The notes under the pieces were generated by a model. The model did not search any database, was not told where the DNA came from, and worked only from the letters and a program-made list of their open reading frames with translations. Made by a program: the position numbers and the translations under genes. A stretch of DNA of 63,767 nt, filler included, from Octopus bimaculoides (taxonomy: Eukaryota): NCBI RefSeq assembly GCF_001194135.2. It is 4 parts of 4 records of this genome, joined end to end, with 100 filler letters (N's around TTAATTAATTAA, not from the genome) between each part and the next. Parts side by side here need not be neighbours in the genome. Positions count along the whole stretch, not along the records: positions 8,564 to 32,589 come from NC_068998.1; positions 32,690 to 49,817 come from NC_069002.1; 2 more parts are not named here. One strand, written 5' to 3'. Below, piece after piece: positions 25,922 to 36,910 of the stretch (positions are counted from its first letter, which is position 1; every line of letters begins with the position of its first letter).

Positions 25922-27181
25922 TATGATCATCATCATTATCATCCTCATTGTTATCAAGGCAGTGAGCTGGCACAGTCGTTGGCATGCTGGACAAAATGCT
26001 TAGCAGTTTTTTTATCTATCTTTACATTCTGAGTTCAAATTCTGCAAAGGGTGGCTTTAGCTTTTATCCTTTTGGGTTCAATAAAATAAGTAGTAGTGGA
26101 GCACTGGGGTCGATGTAATCGACTCTCCACCACCACCCCAAAATTTCAGGCCTTATCCCTATAGTAGAAAGGATTATTATTATCATTAAGCTGCCAGAAT
26201 CATTGGCACCCTGGACAGAAGACTGAGTGGCATTTCCTCCATCTTTACATTCTGAGTTCAAATTCTGCCAAGGTTGATTTTACCTTTTATCCTTTCAGGG
26301 TCTAGGAAATAAGTACCAGTTGAGCACTGGGGGTTGATGTAATTGACTAGTCCTTTTGCTAAAAAAGATTTCATGTCTTGTGCCTGCAAGTTGTTCCAAG
26401 ATTCCCACAGTGACCTCAAGTGTCAACAAATTGGACATTTTACTCTCGGTGTTATTCATGATCAGCAATGATATATTGTATGGGAAGGAGACCAGAATCT
26501 GGAGAACTAAGATTCTGTTGAATTTGTAATATTTCAGTTTTGAAATAAGGTGGTGAGCTGGCAGAAACATTAGCATGCCAGGCAAAATGCTTAGCAGTAT
26601 TTCATCCGTCTATGTTCTGGGTTCAAATGCTGACAGTATTGACTTTGCCTTTCATCCTTTCAGGATCGACAGAATAAGTACCAGCTAAGGTGGTGAGCTG
26701 GCAGAAACGTTAGCAGGCCGGGCGAAATGCTTAGTGGTATTTCGTCTGCTGTTACGTTCTGAGTTCAAATTCCATCAAGGTCGACTTTGCCTTTCATCCT
26801 TTCGAGGTCGATGAATTAAGTACCAGTTACGCACTGGGGTCGATGTAATCAACTTAATCCCTTTGTCTGTCCTTGTTTGTCCCCTCTGTGTCTAGCCCCT
26901 TGTTGGCAGTAAAGAAATAAGAATAAGTACCAGCTCAGTGTTGGGGTTGGTGCAATCAACTTACCCCCCCCCCCCNNNNNNNNNNNNNNNNNNNNNNNNN
27001 NNNNNNNNNNNNNNNNNNNNNNNNNNNNNNNNNNNNNNNNNNNNNNNNNNNNNNNNNNNNNNNNNNNNNNNNNNNNNNNNNNNNNNNNNNNNNNNNNNNN
27101 NNNNNNNNNNNNNNNNNNNNNNNNNNNNNNNNNNNNNNNNNNNCCACACACACACACCTCAAAATTGCTGGTCTTGTGCCG
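25605..27181 (+). repeat. Second cluster of family-A SINEs, including a nested pair
   Basis: Units at about 25610, 25715, 25957, 26190, 26546 and 26687; TSDs at 26528-26545/27182-27199 and 26671-26686/26920-26935. Confidence 0.8.
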
Positions 27182-27430
27182 AATATTTCAGTTTTGAAAC
27201 AGTTTTAGGAGAATCAGGTATTTTCAGGTTGATAATGGTTTTCTTGGGATATGGACAGCACCCATAAGAACTATTCTTTGTAGTTCTAATACATTTGGGT
27301 TTGCTGGTATTTGGCCATGATGTTTAAGAGTACCATTTGGTATTATCTCCAAAGCGCAGATGATCCCAGGAACAGTTTTTGTTCTTAGATGCCATATTTT
27401 TGAGATCTCTATTTCAAAATGCTTGTATTT
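26395..27430 (-). mobile_element. R4/Dong-like subfamily A 3' end, interrupted by nested SINEs
   Basis: SKYKHFEIEISKIWHLRTKTVPGII..IPANPNVLELQRIVLMGAVHIPRKPLST*; the 3' UTR is split by the insertion at 26546-27181. Confidence 0.7.
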
Positions 27431-27463
27431 ACTTGACTATTACTACTATTATTATTATTATTG

Positions 27464-27502
<39 letters not shown>

Positions 27503-27525
27503 GTAGTAGTAGTAGTAGTAGTAGC

Positions 27526-28005
27526 TTAATTGTTTAAAACAGCAACTTTGCTGGAGAACGTTACAATGCCGGCTGTCCACAGCCAGTGGACTGTGGTAAT
27601 ATTCTTCATTCAAAGTTCAAGAACTCTGCAGAGGATCTGTGCAGTTCTGAACAATGTTATTTTCTACAGATTCTCCATCTTTGTGAGCTTTGATACTCAC
27701 AGTACCCAAGCCACCAACAAGTGCAACACTGACCCTTCTCCAATGACCACAGTGGTTTTATTTCTCACTTCAGATTCATCATATCTGACCTTCTTCTCCT
27801 CTTTCCAATACTCTGTCATCACCAAGGCATGCAATATCTATGACTTCGCTAAACAGGGTTTCTTTCCCCCCATTCAATGTTCAATTTCATTATCACATTG
27901 CATCATTACATCCCACAGTGTCTTTTGTTGTTCTCAATTACTCTTTCTGGGGTTTTCCCATACCACATCTTTGCTCTATCCAATCCATATTTGCCAAACA
28001 CCTCT
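27526..28005 (-). mobile_element. R4/Dong-like subfamily B 3' fragment ending in (TAC/TAA)n
   Basis: Decayed RLE domain ending RTAQILCRVLEL*; its 3' UTR GGCTGTGGACAGC motif is shared with 15480-15510. Confidence 0.7.
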
Positions 28006-28106
28006 AAAGTGAAGGCACATGGCTTAGTAGTTAAGGTGTTGGACTCATGATTGTAAGATTGTGGTTTTGATTCCTGGATTGTGTTCCAATAAGCTGATGG
28101 AAAATG

Positions 28107-28150
<44 letters not shown>

Positions 28151-28474
28151 GTATTATATATATATATAACAGTTTCCATCAGCTTATCAGTTGACAAAAT
28201 TCCATCAGTACACTGTTGAATGGCTCTACCGTATCATATGATTTCACCATATCATGAATCATCAGTGGTCGCTTGCCAAGCTGAATGCCAGACAGAGAAT
28301 CAGCCAAACCAATATGGAATGATACTGGTCAAACAGCTAAAGGTGTTTCAGAAAGATGGCAGGCTGTGTGTAAATTTGCTATTAGTGACAGAAGCATTTG
28401 CAGCACAATACCATAGTGTCATCTTCTGGTGCACTGACAGAATTTCGTCAACCAATAATAGAATTTAGATTCTT

Positions 28475-28707
28475 ATTTTATTTATTGCCCACAAGGGGCT
28501 AAACATAGAGGGAACAAACAAAGACAGACAAAGGGATTAAGTCAATTACATCGACCCCAGTGTGTAACTGGTACTTAATTTCTCGACCCTGAAAGGATGA
28601 AAGGCAAAGTCGACCTCGGCAGAATTTGAACTCAGAACATCATGGCAGACGAAATACCACTAAGCATTTCACCCGGTGTGCTAACATTTCTGCCAGCTCG
28701 CCACCTT
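28475..28707 (-). mobile_element. Young full-length family-A SINE (233 bp) with 17-bp TSD
   Basis: ATAGAATTTAGATTCTT at 28458-28474 and 28708-28724; same length and tail as 26687-26919. Confidence 0.9.
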
Positions 28708-29619
28708 ATAGAATTTAGATTCTTTACACAATTTGTCGTCTACACAAAATGATTTTCAGGGTCGTTGACAGCATTATAAACAACACATCCAAGTTCGGTT
28801 GAGTGTGTTAGTTAATATTCGTTTCAAAAGCTGTTTTTGTCACTAATAGCTAATTAATATTTTTTATAATTTTGTGTATTTCTCAATTTTTGTTGAATAT
28901 TTTTCTTCTTTTATATTTTGTTACCATATTTCTGGCAAATAAATTTCAGTTAATTTCTAAAATAATTAAAGAATTTATGAAAATTACTATAACTGCTAAA
29001 CTGGTGTTTAGACCATAAATTAACATGAAAATTTGATGGAAAGTTTTAATTTAGACCACTTTCAAAACCAGATACTTGTATCACAGGACTAAGTGCTCTC
29101 TCAAACAGGTTTGTTTTCAAAATGATTAAGTGCCTGTTTCTGTAAATTAAGTTCATCCACAGACAGAGGCTATCAGATGAAAGTGTAAACAGGAGACCAA
29201 GTGTAAATTGAAAGGACAATGAATTGCAGTAGTAAAATAATTTGCTTGCACCATTTCTTATTAGTTATTATAAATACTCTCTCAGTTCTAACCAAGATGG
29301 AATGGTCAATACGCATTATGTACTATTTGTGTGAAAAATCCTAAATGGGTTTTTTTCTGAGAAAATAGTTTTTTTTTTTACATTATGTAATTGTTTGATT
29401 CTTTCTTTTACTCGTTTCAGTCATTTGACTGCAGCCATGCTGGAGCACCACCTTTAGTTGAGCAAATCGACCCCAGAGCTTATTCTTTGGAAGCCTAGTA
29501 CTTAGTCTATTGGTTGCTTTCGCCGAACCGCTAGGTTACGGGGACGTAAACACACCAGCATTGGTTGTCAAGCAATGGTGGTGGTGGGGACAAGCACAGA
29601 CATGCAAACATAGACACAC

Positions 29620-29656
<37 letters not shown>

Positions 29657-31049
29657 CGACAAGCTTCTTTCAGTTTCCGTCTACCAAGACTTTGGTTGAC
29701 CTGAGGCTATAGTAGAAGACACTTGCNNNNNNNNNNACCAAGACTTTGGTTGACCTGAGGCTATAGTAGAAGACACTTGCCCAAGGTGCCGCGCAGTGGG
29801 ACTGAACCCGGAACCATGTGGTTGGTAAGCAAGCTACTTACCACACAGCCACTCAACATGTTTGAAACAGCTGTAGTGAACCTCAACCCATCTGTGTCCA
29901 TCTATTTATGTGTGTATGTTTTTGTGTTTGTGTTAGTCCTATATCACCATTTGACAATTTGTGTTGATTTGTTTACATTCCCATAAGTTGGCAGTTCAGC
30001 AAAAAAGACCAATAGAACAAGTGCCAGGCTTTTGCAAATAAGTTCTTATGTAAAAATAAGAACTGGTCGATTTGTTTGGCTGAACACTTCAAGGCAGTAC
30101 CCCAGCATGGCCACAGCCCAATGTATGAAACAAATGAAAAGTAAAAGATAAAAAATACAATATTTATATTTATTCTCGTAATCCTAACGTTTATGCATGT
30201 TTTTTGTTTTGTTCTTTTTAAATAACTGGCATTCCATCAGTCACGGCAACAAGGTTGTTCCACCAATCGAATCAACTGGAAACCTCGTTGCCGTGGCTGA
30301 CAAGGTTTCCAGTTGATTCAATCAATGGCACAACCTGCTCATGAAATTAACATGCAAGTGGCTGAGCACTCCACAGATATGCATACCATTAATGTAGTTC
30401 TCAGGGAGATTCAGCGTGACACTAAGTGTGACAAGTCTGGCCCTTTGAAATACAGGTGCTACTCATTTTTGCCAGCTGAGTGGACTGGAGCAAAGTGATA
30501 TAAAGTGTCTTGCTCAAGGCCACAATGCCCCACCAAAATCAAAATCATGAGCTGAATACTCCTAACGTGTGCAGTCTTATTATTAACTCACTTTTCCAAT
30601 ACCTATATAATACAGAATTGTCCAGCATCTTTATCATTTTTTTTGTATTTTGATTTCTACTCCCTAAAACTGTAAATGTCTTTTATTCAATTTATTGGTC
30701 ATCATTGATTTGCAAAATGGTAGGAGGTTTACTTCCCAACCACATGGTTCCAGGTTCAGTCCCACTGCATGGTACCTTGGGCAATTGTCTTCTAATATGT
30801 ATATATATATGTGTATATTTATGTGAGTGTATCTGTGTTTGTCTCCCACCATTGCTTGACAACCTATGTTGGTGTGTTTATGTTCCTGTAACTTAACAGT
30901 TCGGCAAAACAGACCATTAGAATAAGTATTAGGCTTACAAAGAATAAGTCGTGGGGTTGATTTTTTCAACTAAAACCCTTTAAGGCAGTGCTCTAGCATG
31001 GCCACTGTCAAATGACTGAAACAAGAAAAAGAATAAAAGAATATGTATG

Positions 31050-31086
<37 letters not shown>

Positions 31087-32489
31087 GTGTCTTTGTGCCT
31101 GTGTTTGTTCCCCATCACTGCTTAACAACTGATGTTGGTGTGTTTACATCCCCGTGACTTAGCAGTTTGACAAACCAGAAACTGATAGCATAAGTACCAG
31201 GCTTTAAAAAATAGGTACTGGGATTGATTCATTCAATAAAGATATTCTTCAAGGTGGTGCCCTAGCATGGCCGCAGTCTATTGACTGAATTAAGTAAAAG
31301 ATAAAAAGGTAAAAGATCTGTTAAGGCTGGGTAACATTTGATGTCCCCGTAAAATTGATTGACATTACTGAGGAGACATTCATAAAGGCAGAAACAAGTA
31401 AAAGAGTAAAAGAATGTGATTATACAAGCTGTTCAGGCTAAATTTTATGATATTCTGTGTCTCCTTTTATCAGAAACAGCTTGATGTATTGGTGAATAGT
31501 GAATGGTGTTGGAGAGCATGAAGGTTAAAGTTACAGTTGAGAAAAAGTTAGCTGACATAAGAGGACTGGAAGCCATCTGAATATTGGAAAAGATTTACCT
31601 GCATCATGATGATTCGTGTTGAATATCAAAATCTCAACATCATGACTGTGGTTTTAATGCTCAGTGGACACTGCAAAGGCTGTAAGACATAACCTGGACA
31701 GCTGCAATGGAGACTATGAAGCTGTGGCCAGCAGGAAGAGCAGTAGAATTAATTAGAACATCTGCATGTTCTAATTAATTCATTCCCACGTCTTTCAGCA
31801 GAGACTTAAGCTCTATTCAGAAGACTGTATGAAGCCGCTGGAGACTGTGTTCGATCCTTGGCTGGAGAGTTTTGCTGTTCCAAAGGCCATATGTTTGGCA
31901 GAGGATTTCTGATCCTTGCCATACCACCAGAAAGAGTCAAAAGTGATTGTCAGAGAATTTTAACAACTTCACCAGCTCCAGTTTATGGCCTCCTAATTCC
32001 TTTGATTATAATCCCATGGATTACTATTTGTAGCACTCGCTTACGACGTCAAGTGTTCCAGTTGATCCGATCAACGTAACAGCCTGCTCATGAAATTAAC
32101 ATGCAAGTGGCTGAGCACTCCACAGACACGTGTACCCTTAACGTAGTTCTCGGGGAGATTCAGCATGACACAGTGTAACAAGGCTGACCCTTTGAATTAC
32201 AAGCACAACAGAAACAGGAAGTAAGAGTGAGAGAAAGATGTAGTGAGAGAGTACAGCAGGGTTTACCACCATCCTTTGCCAGAGCCTCGTGGAACTTTAG
32301 GTGTTTTCACTCAATAAACACTCACAACGTCCGGTCTGGGAATCGAAACCACGATCCTATGACTGCGAGCTCGCTGCCCTAACCACTGGGCCATTGTGCT
32401 TCCACTACTATTTGTATCATACAGTTAAGAAAGACACCAACTGCTCTAACACAACACCAAGGCTGAGCAGGTGGTCCAGATCAAGAAGG

Positions 32490-32589
32490 TACTGAAAGAT
32501 CTTCCCAGGGACACAGTGAAGAACGCACGCACCAGGTTCTGGAGTCATATTGAGGTCGTGGTGAAAACTGAGGGCAGCTACTTTGAGTA
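32490..32589 (+). mobile_element. maT-like transposase C-terminal remnant cut by a scaffold join
   Basis: LPRDTVKNARTRFWSHIEVVVKTEGSYFE* resembles the C-terminus at 4110-4200. Confidence 0.55.
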
Positions 32590-32689
32590 NNNNNNNNNNN
32601 NNNNNNNNNNNNNNNNNNNNNNNNNNNNNNNNNTTAATTAATTAANNNNNNNNNNNNNNNNNNNNNNNNNNNNNNNNNNNNNNNNNNNN
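32590..32689. other. Artificial scaffold spacer 44N-TTAATTAATTAA-44N (downstream of the last NELF-A exon)
   Basis: Same 100-bp structure; cuts a transposase remnant. Confidence 0.9.
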
Positions 32690-32929
32690 CTCACTTGAAA
32701 GTCCTTACACATGCCACGGGCACAAGTGCCAGAAAGGCGATGCTGGGCACAGGTGCCATCCCGATTTCGCTTGCCCCAACAGGTCTTCGCAGATTTCAAT
32801 GATGTGATTGTTTCATCGAGAATAACATTGTACGGTAGGTGTGAGAGCTGGGATTTGGTCAGTTTGAGCATAAGACAAATGGGAAAATTTTGGCCGGATA
32901 TGGCCGGTTTAAATGTTTAAGGGTCAGAG

Positions 32930-33230
32930 TATGATGAGAGAAACAGGAGCAGGGGTCTTGCCATCAAAGGAGAAACATAGCTACCCCAGTCGGACAAGAA
33001 TGAAGATGGTAGTGAAGATGTATAGGGGAACACCCTTAAGTTATACAAGAAGGGTGAATATAAGAGAAGTGGTATGGGTGGGTCGGTAAGTTCGCAAAAG
33101 TGCAAAACAAGGGTGGCAGATGTATAGGGATGGGGATTATCGGAATGCAGCAAGTGGTGAACATGGTGAATCACGAATATCATTTGAAAAGCAAGGGGTA
33201 ACAAGTAGTTGCAGTTGTTTTTATAGAAGT
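32930..33230 (-). mobile_element. Penelope-like RT/GIY-YIG linker remnant
   Basis: HHLLHSDNPHP..DPPIPLLLYSPFLYNLRVFPYTSSLP resembles the PLE PP.I.FRR..NLRD.LV.S motif; heavily decayed. Confidence 0.35.
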
Positions 33231-33325
33231 AAAATTTCTTCATAAAAGCAAATAGAATAATGTTTTTTTTTCCTCATTGGCAATGCAGCTACCATTGATG
33301 ATAATTTGTAAACAGCAAAACTCAC

Positions 33326-33450
33326 CGCTAGAGCGGGTGTCACCAAACCAACAGCGTAATCTGGTGTGTAAGACGTTGTGGTTTCCACAGTTGATGTCGC
33401 TGCTGTTGCTGTTTCCTTTTCTTTCTTCTGCTGACCAATAGCCTCTTGAT
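33326..33450 (-). CDS. NELFA: NELF-A coding exon 7 (last exon found; gene incomplete)
   Basis: Acceptor gttttcag|, donor GCG|gtgagt, 125 nt, phase 1-0. (D)QEAIGQQKKEKETATAATSTVETTTSYTPDYAVGLVTPALA contains the conserved TPDYAxGLV motif. Confidence 0.93.
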
Positions 33451-33929
33451 CTGAAAACAGAAAACATTTGCTCAGATATTAAATTCCAATGGCAAAACAA
33501 CAGGAAATGATTCTCTAAATTTTACAGTTAGTTTTATATCTAATGTACATGATGGCAACACAAAAGCTATAAATATAAATACACAGCTTCCCCAACTTCA
33601 AAATTCAACTTTTTTAAATAAATTATTGCCAATTAATATGTCATAATTATCGTTGTTTAATGTCTGCTTTCCATACTGGCATAGGTCGGACAGATTGTTT
33701 TATATTCTTAGTTGTGGATATATGATTTTAACAAAGTGGGGGTACACAGATGTAACTTCCGACTATCAACATGCGAGACTCCAACACTTTTCTCCTGTGT
33801 CAATAAGACATGTTACTCTTTATAAGAATTCAGTGGTCATGGGTGGAACAATATTGATCATAGATTTGTTGGATGAAGGCTGACTTAGGTTAAAAAACTA
33901 CAACAATAACCATATAATGTCCAACTCAC

Positions 33930-33993
33930 CGGCAATCTTCTTCCGTCGTTTCGCTTCTTTTGCCCCAACAGGCTGTTCAGCAATTTCTATAAG
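33930..33993 (-). CDS. NELFA: NELF-A coding exon 6
   Basis: Acceptor aatttcag|, donor G|gtgagt, 64 nt, phase 0-1. LIEIAEQPVGAKEAKRRKKIA resembles human LLDISELDMVGAGREAKRRRK. Confidence 0.93.
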
Positions 33994-34643
33994 CTGAAAT
34001 TGGACCAAAATATTAGAACTACATATACTACATACACACATATACCATTATCGTCATCATCATTTAACGTCCATTGTCCATGCTGGAAGGCTACACCAGA
34101 TTCCAGTCTGATATGGCATGGTTTTCTATGGCTGGATGCCCTTCCTAATGCCAACCACTCTGAGTGTAACGTGTGCTTTTACATGCCACAAGAACTGGTG
34201 CCAGTTGTCTAACACCAGTATCTGCGACGACTACGATTTCACTTGGCTTGATGGATCTTCCTTCTCAAGCACAACATATTCCCAAGATTCTCAGTCATTT
34301 GTCATTGCCACTATGAGATCCAGCACTTAAAAGGTGCTTTTTATGTGCCACCGGCACAGGTACTGGTTACACAACACTGGCATCGGCCACATTGCCATAT
34401 ATATATACATATATAAACACACACACACTCACACATACAATTTGTTCCTACTGCCGTGCTTGAGGAGACCTATTGAGTCAAGTACATCAACATCAGCAAT
34501 ATCAAAATCAAATCAAATGGAAATTGTAGTTGTGAGCCCCATGCTGGTAGCACATAAAAAAAACACCATCTGAACGTGGCCGATGCCAGTGCTGCTTTGG
34601 GCAGTGGGGCAGAACTAGATAACAAGTTGTTCAATGGACTCAC

Positions 34644-34864
34644 CTTGATGCCACCCTCTTTGCCTCGTAGACTTCCTGTCGAGGCAGTGGCACGAGGAGT
34701 GAGGCTGCTGCTCCGACTGAGACCAGTGCTAGCAGAGAGGAAGCAGTTGCTTGTTGATGGTGTTGTAGAAGTTGGTGTGGAAGGAGTGCCAGGAGTTCCC
34801 GCAACTGTCAGGGGATTGGCTGAGGAAGGACTTCGGTTATTGGTTGGTGTGGTCTTTGTAAATG
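34644..34864 (-). CDS. NELFA: NELF-A coding exon 5 (S/T/P-rich region)
   Basis: Acceptor ttctttag|, donor AAG|gtgagt, 221 nt, phase 1-0. FTKTTPTNNRSPSSANPLTVAGTPGTPSTPTSTTPSTSNCFLSASTGLSRSSSLTPRATASTGSLRGKEGGIK; the end resembles human LRKERGVK. Confidence 0.9.
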
Positions 34865-35609
34865 CTAAAGAATACAAAAAGAAAAAAAATTCATACATAA
34901 AAATGAAGACACAGGAAAAGAAAAACATGATTAAACATAATCAGCATCATTATTTCACAGGTGTGGCTACGTGGTAAGGAATTTGCTTGTCAACCATATG
35001 GTTTTGAGTTCAACCGCAGGGCACCTTTGACAAATGTCTTATACTATAGCCCTGGGTTGATCAAAGTGGATTTGGTAAAAGACACTTGCCCAAGGATGAA
35101 AAGCAAAGTCAACTTCAGTGGAATTTGAACTCATAATATAAAGAGTTGGAAGAAAAGGCGCTAAGCACTTTGTCTGGCATTGGAAACAATTCTTCCAGCT
35201 CATCACCTTAATAATAACATTTATAATAATGATTTCAAATTTTGGCACAAGGCCAGCAATTTACTGTGAGAAGGTAAGTTGATTACATCGACCCCAGTAT
35301 GCAGACTGAAAGACATTGGAATTGAAACTCTCATTGCTGACCTGAAAAGTACCATCCAATATTCTGCAAGAATCCTAAGAAAGATATACCTGCTAATTAA
35401 ATTAGCATGCACTAGCGTAATAATAATAATAATGATAACAAAAACTCTCAGAGAGCACAAACCTCTGCCAAGGCAACACCAATTTTCTCTCAACGATTAG
35501 CTGGAGATGATTTTTAAAATGAGAATATCTGAAATAAACTCGACTGCTCTCACAAACGAGAATACTAAAAATGAACCCAACCGCTCTAAAAAAATTAAGT
35601 AAAACACAG

Positions 35610-36004
35610 GAAAAATAATCCAGAATCCTTGTCCAGTAACTGATCGATCCCAATGGTAGTCATGGAATGTGAAGGTGGCGATAGAACAAATAGTTTATCC
35701 TTATTCAAGTTAACAAATTCACCATTCAAAATAGTTACAGCCTAAAGAGAGATAATTGAGAAAGACTTGAAAGTTAACATAAGATTGTAACCATGTAAAG
35801 TAAATATAACAAATAATCCAGAATCCTTGTCTGGTTGGTACTGGATCGATCCCAAAATCTAATCAGTTCATGCTAGTCACGAGGCCAAAGTTCCCTGAAA
35901 GTTTCATCTGAATCCATCCAGTGGTTCTTGAGATATCTTGTCCATGGACAAACAAACGAACACGACTGAAAACAATACCGCTGTCTTTGCTAAGGCAGAG
36001 GTAA
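35610..36004 (+). mobile_element. Non-autonomous Helitron/Helentron-like repeat end with subterminal hairpin
   Basis: Duplicated AAATAATCCAGAATCCTTGTC motif (about 35612 and 35812) and terminal hairpin CTGTCTT-TGCT-AAGGCAG near 35981-35998; classification is by resemblance only. Confidence 0.35.
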
Positions 36005-36021
36005 TAAAATTATATACTCAC

Positions 36022-36111
36022 TTGGATCATCGAGTTTTTTGGAAAAATTCCTCACTTTGACAGGAACTGTATTATTCACGTTATTTTTACGATTGTTGGC
36101 AACTTCAGTGG
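36022..36111 (-). CDS. NELFA: NELF-A coding exon 4
   Basis: Acceptor cttttgtag|, donor A|gtgagt, 90 nt, phase 1-1. (S)TEVANNRKNNVNNTVPVKVRNFSKKLDDP continues exon 3 in frame (human STETAQQLK..RKMD). Confidence 0.9.
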
Positions 36112-36348
36112 CTACAAAAGAGGAAGAAATAGAACTTAAGTTTCTGTATAAATGAGAAGTAGCCCGGGAGGGGAGGGGATAAACAATATCAAATTCACAT
36201 ACATGAACTGGCAAAACACATACCTTGTGTATGTGTGTTCAATATGTTTAAATTTCCATATACACACACACACATATTTCTTCATGTTGAAACATTAATC
36301 CCTGAACATTTTTTTTTCATTCTAACTTCGTTTTCTCCCCTCTAAATC

Positions 36349-36384
36349 CTTTCTGTTGAAGAGCACAGGCTTGAAATGTCAAAG
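36349..36384 (+). ncRNA. Degenerate hammerhead-like motif, second family (copy 2)
   Basis: CTTT-CTGTTGA-A-GAGC ACAG GCTT-GAAA-TG-TC-AAAG; about 110 bp of downstream sequence is shared with 39282-39370. Confidence 0.4.
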
Positions 36385-36470
36385 ACTTTTCCATTCTTCC
36401 TTAGCATTTAACAAACAAACCTGCTTGTTGTTCTTTCACCTGTCTTCGTCTCTTGTTTTCTGTAAATTTG

Positions 36471-36502
<32 letters not shown>

Positions 36503-36505
<3 letters not shown>

Positions 36506-36910
36506 CGCAGGAGTGGCTGTGTGGTAAGTAGCTTGCTTACCAACCACATGGTTCCGGGTTCAGTCCCACTGCGTGGCATCTTGGGCAAATGTCTTCTACT
36601 ATAGCCTCGGGCCGACCAAAGCCTTGAGTGGATTTGGTAGACGGAAACTGAAAGAAGCCCGTCGTATATATGTGTATATATATGTGTGTGTGTGTGTTTG
36701 TGTGTCTGTGTTTGTCCCCCTAGCATTGCTGGACAAACGATGCTGGTGTGTTTATGTCCCCGTCACTTAGCAGTTCGATAAAAGAGACCGATAGAATAAG
36801 TACTAAGCTTACAAAGAATAAGTCCCGGGGTCGATTTGCTTGACTAAAGGCGGTGCTCCAGCATGGCCGCAGTCAAATGACTGAAACAAGTAAAATAGTA
36901 AAATAGTAAA
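36503..36910 (+). mobile_element. SINE family B (AGGCGCAGGAGTGGCTGTGTGGTAAG head, internal TA/TG microsatellite, GAAACAAGTAAAA tail)
   Basis: Full copy in NELF-A intron 3. Related copies at 11521-11958(-), 12100-12527(+), 29400-29852(-), 30715-31042(+), 40410-40645(+), 56181-56638(-), and split pieces at 8640-9050. Confidence 0.85.

Noticed and set aside
29683-29780. 44-bp direct repeat either side of a 10-N gap
   Set aside because: Typical unmerged contig overlap within a SINE; assembly artefact.
33240-33500. 86-aa minus-strand ORF MFCHWNL..
   Set aside because: Wrong frame over NELF-A exon 7; splice phase and the TPDYA motif identify the other frame.
34576-34977. 133-aa plus-strand ORF
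   Set aside because: Antisense shadow of NELF-A exon 5 plus an RTE-derived repeat.
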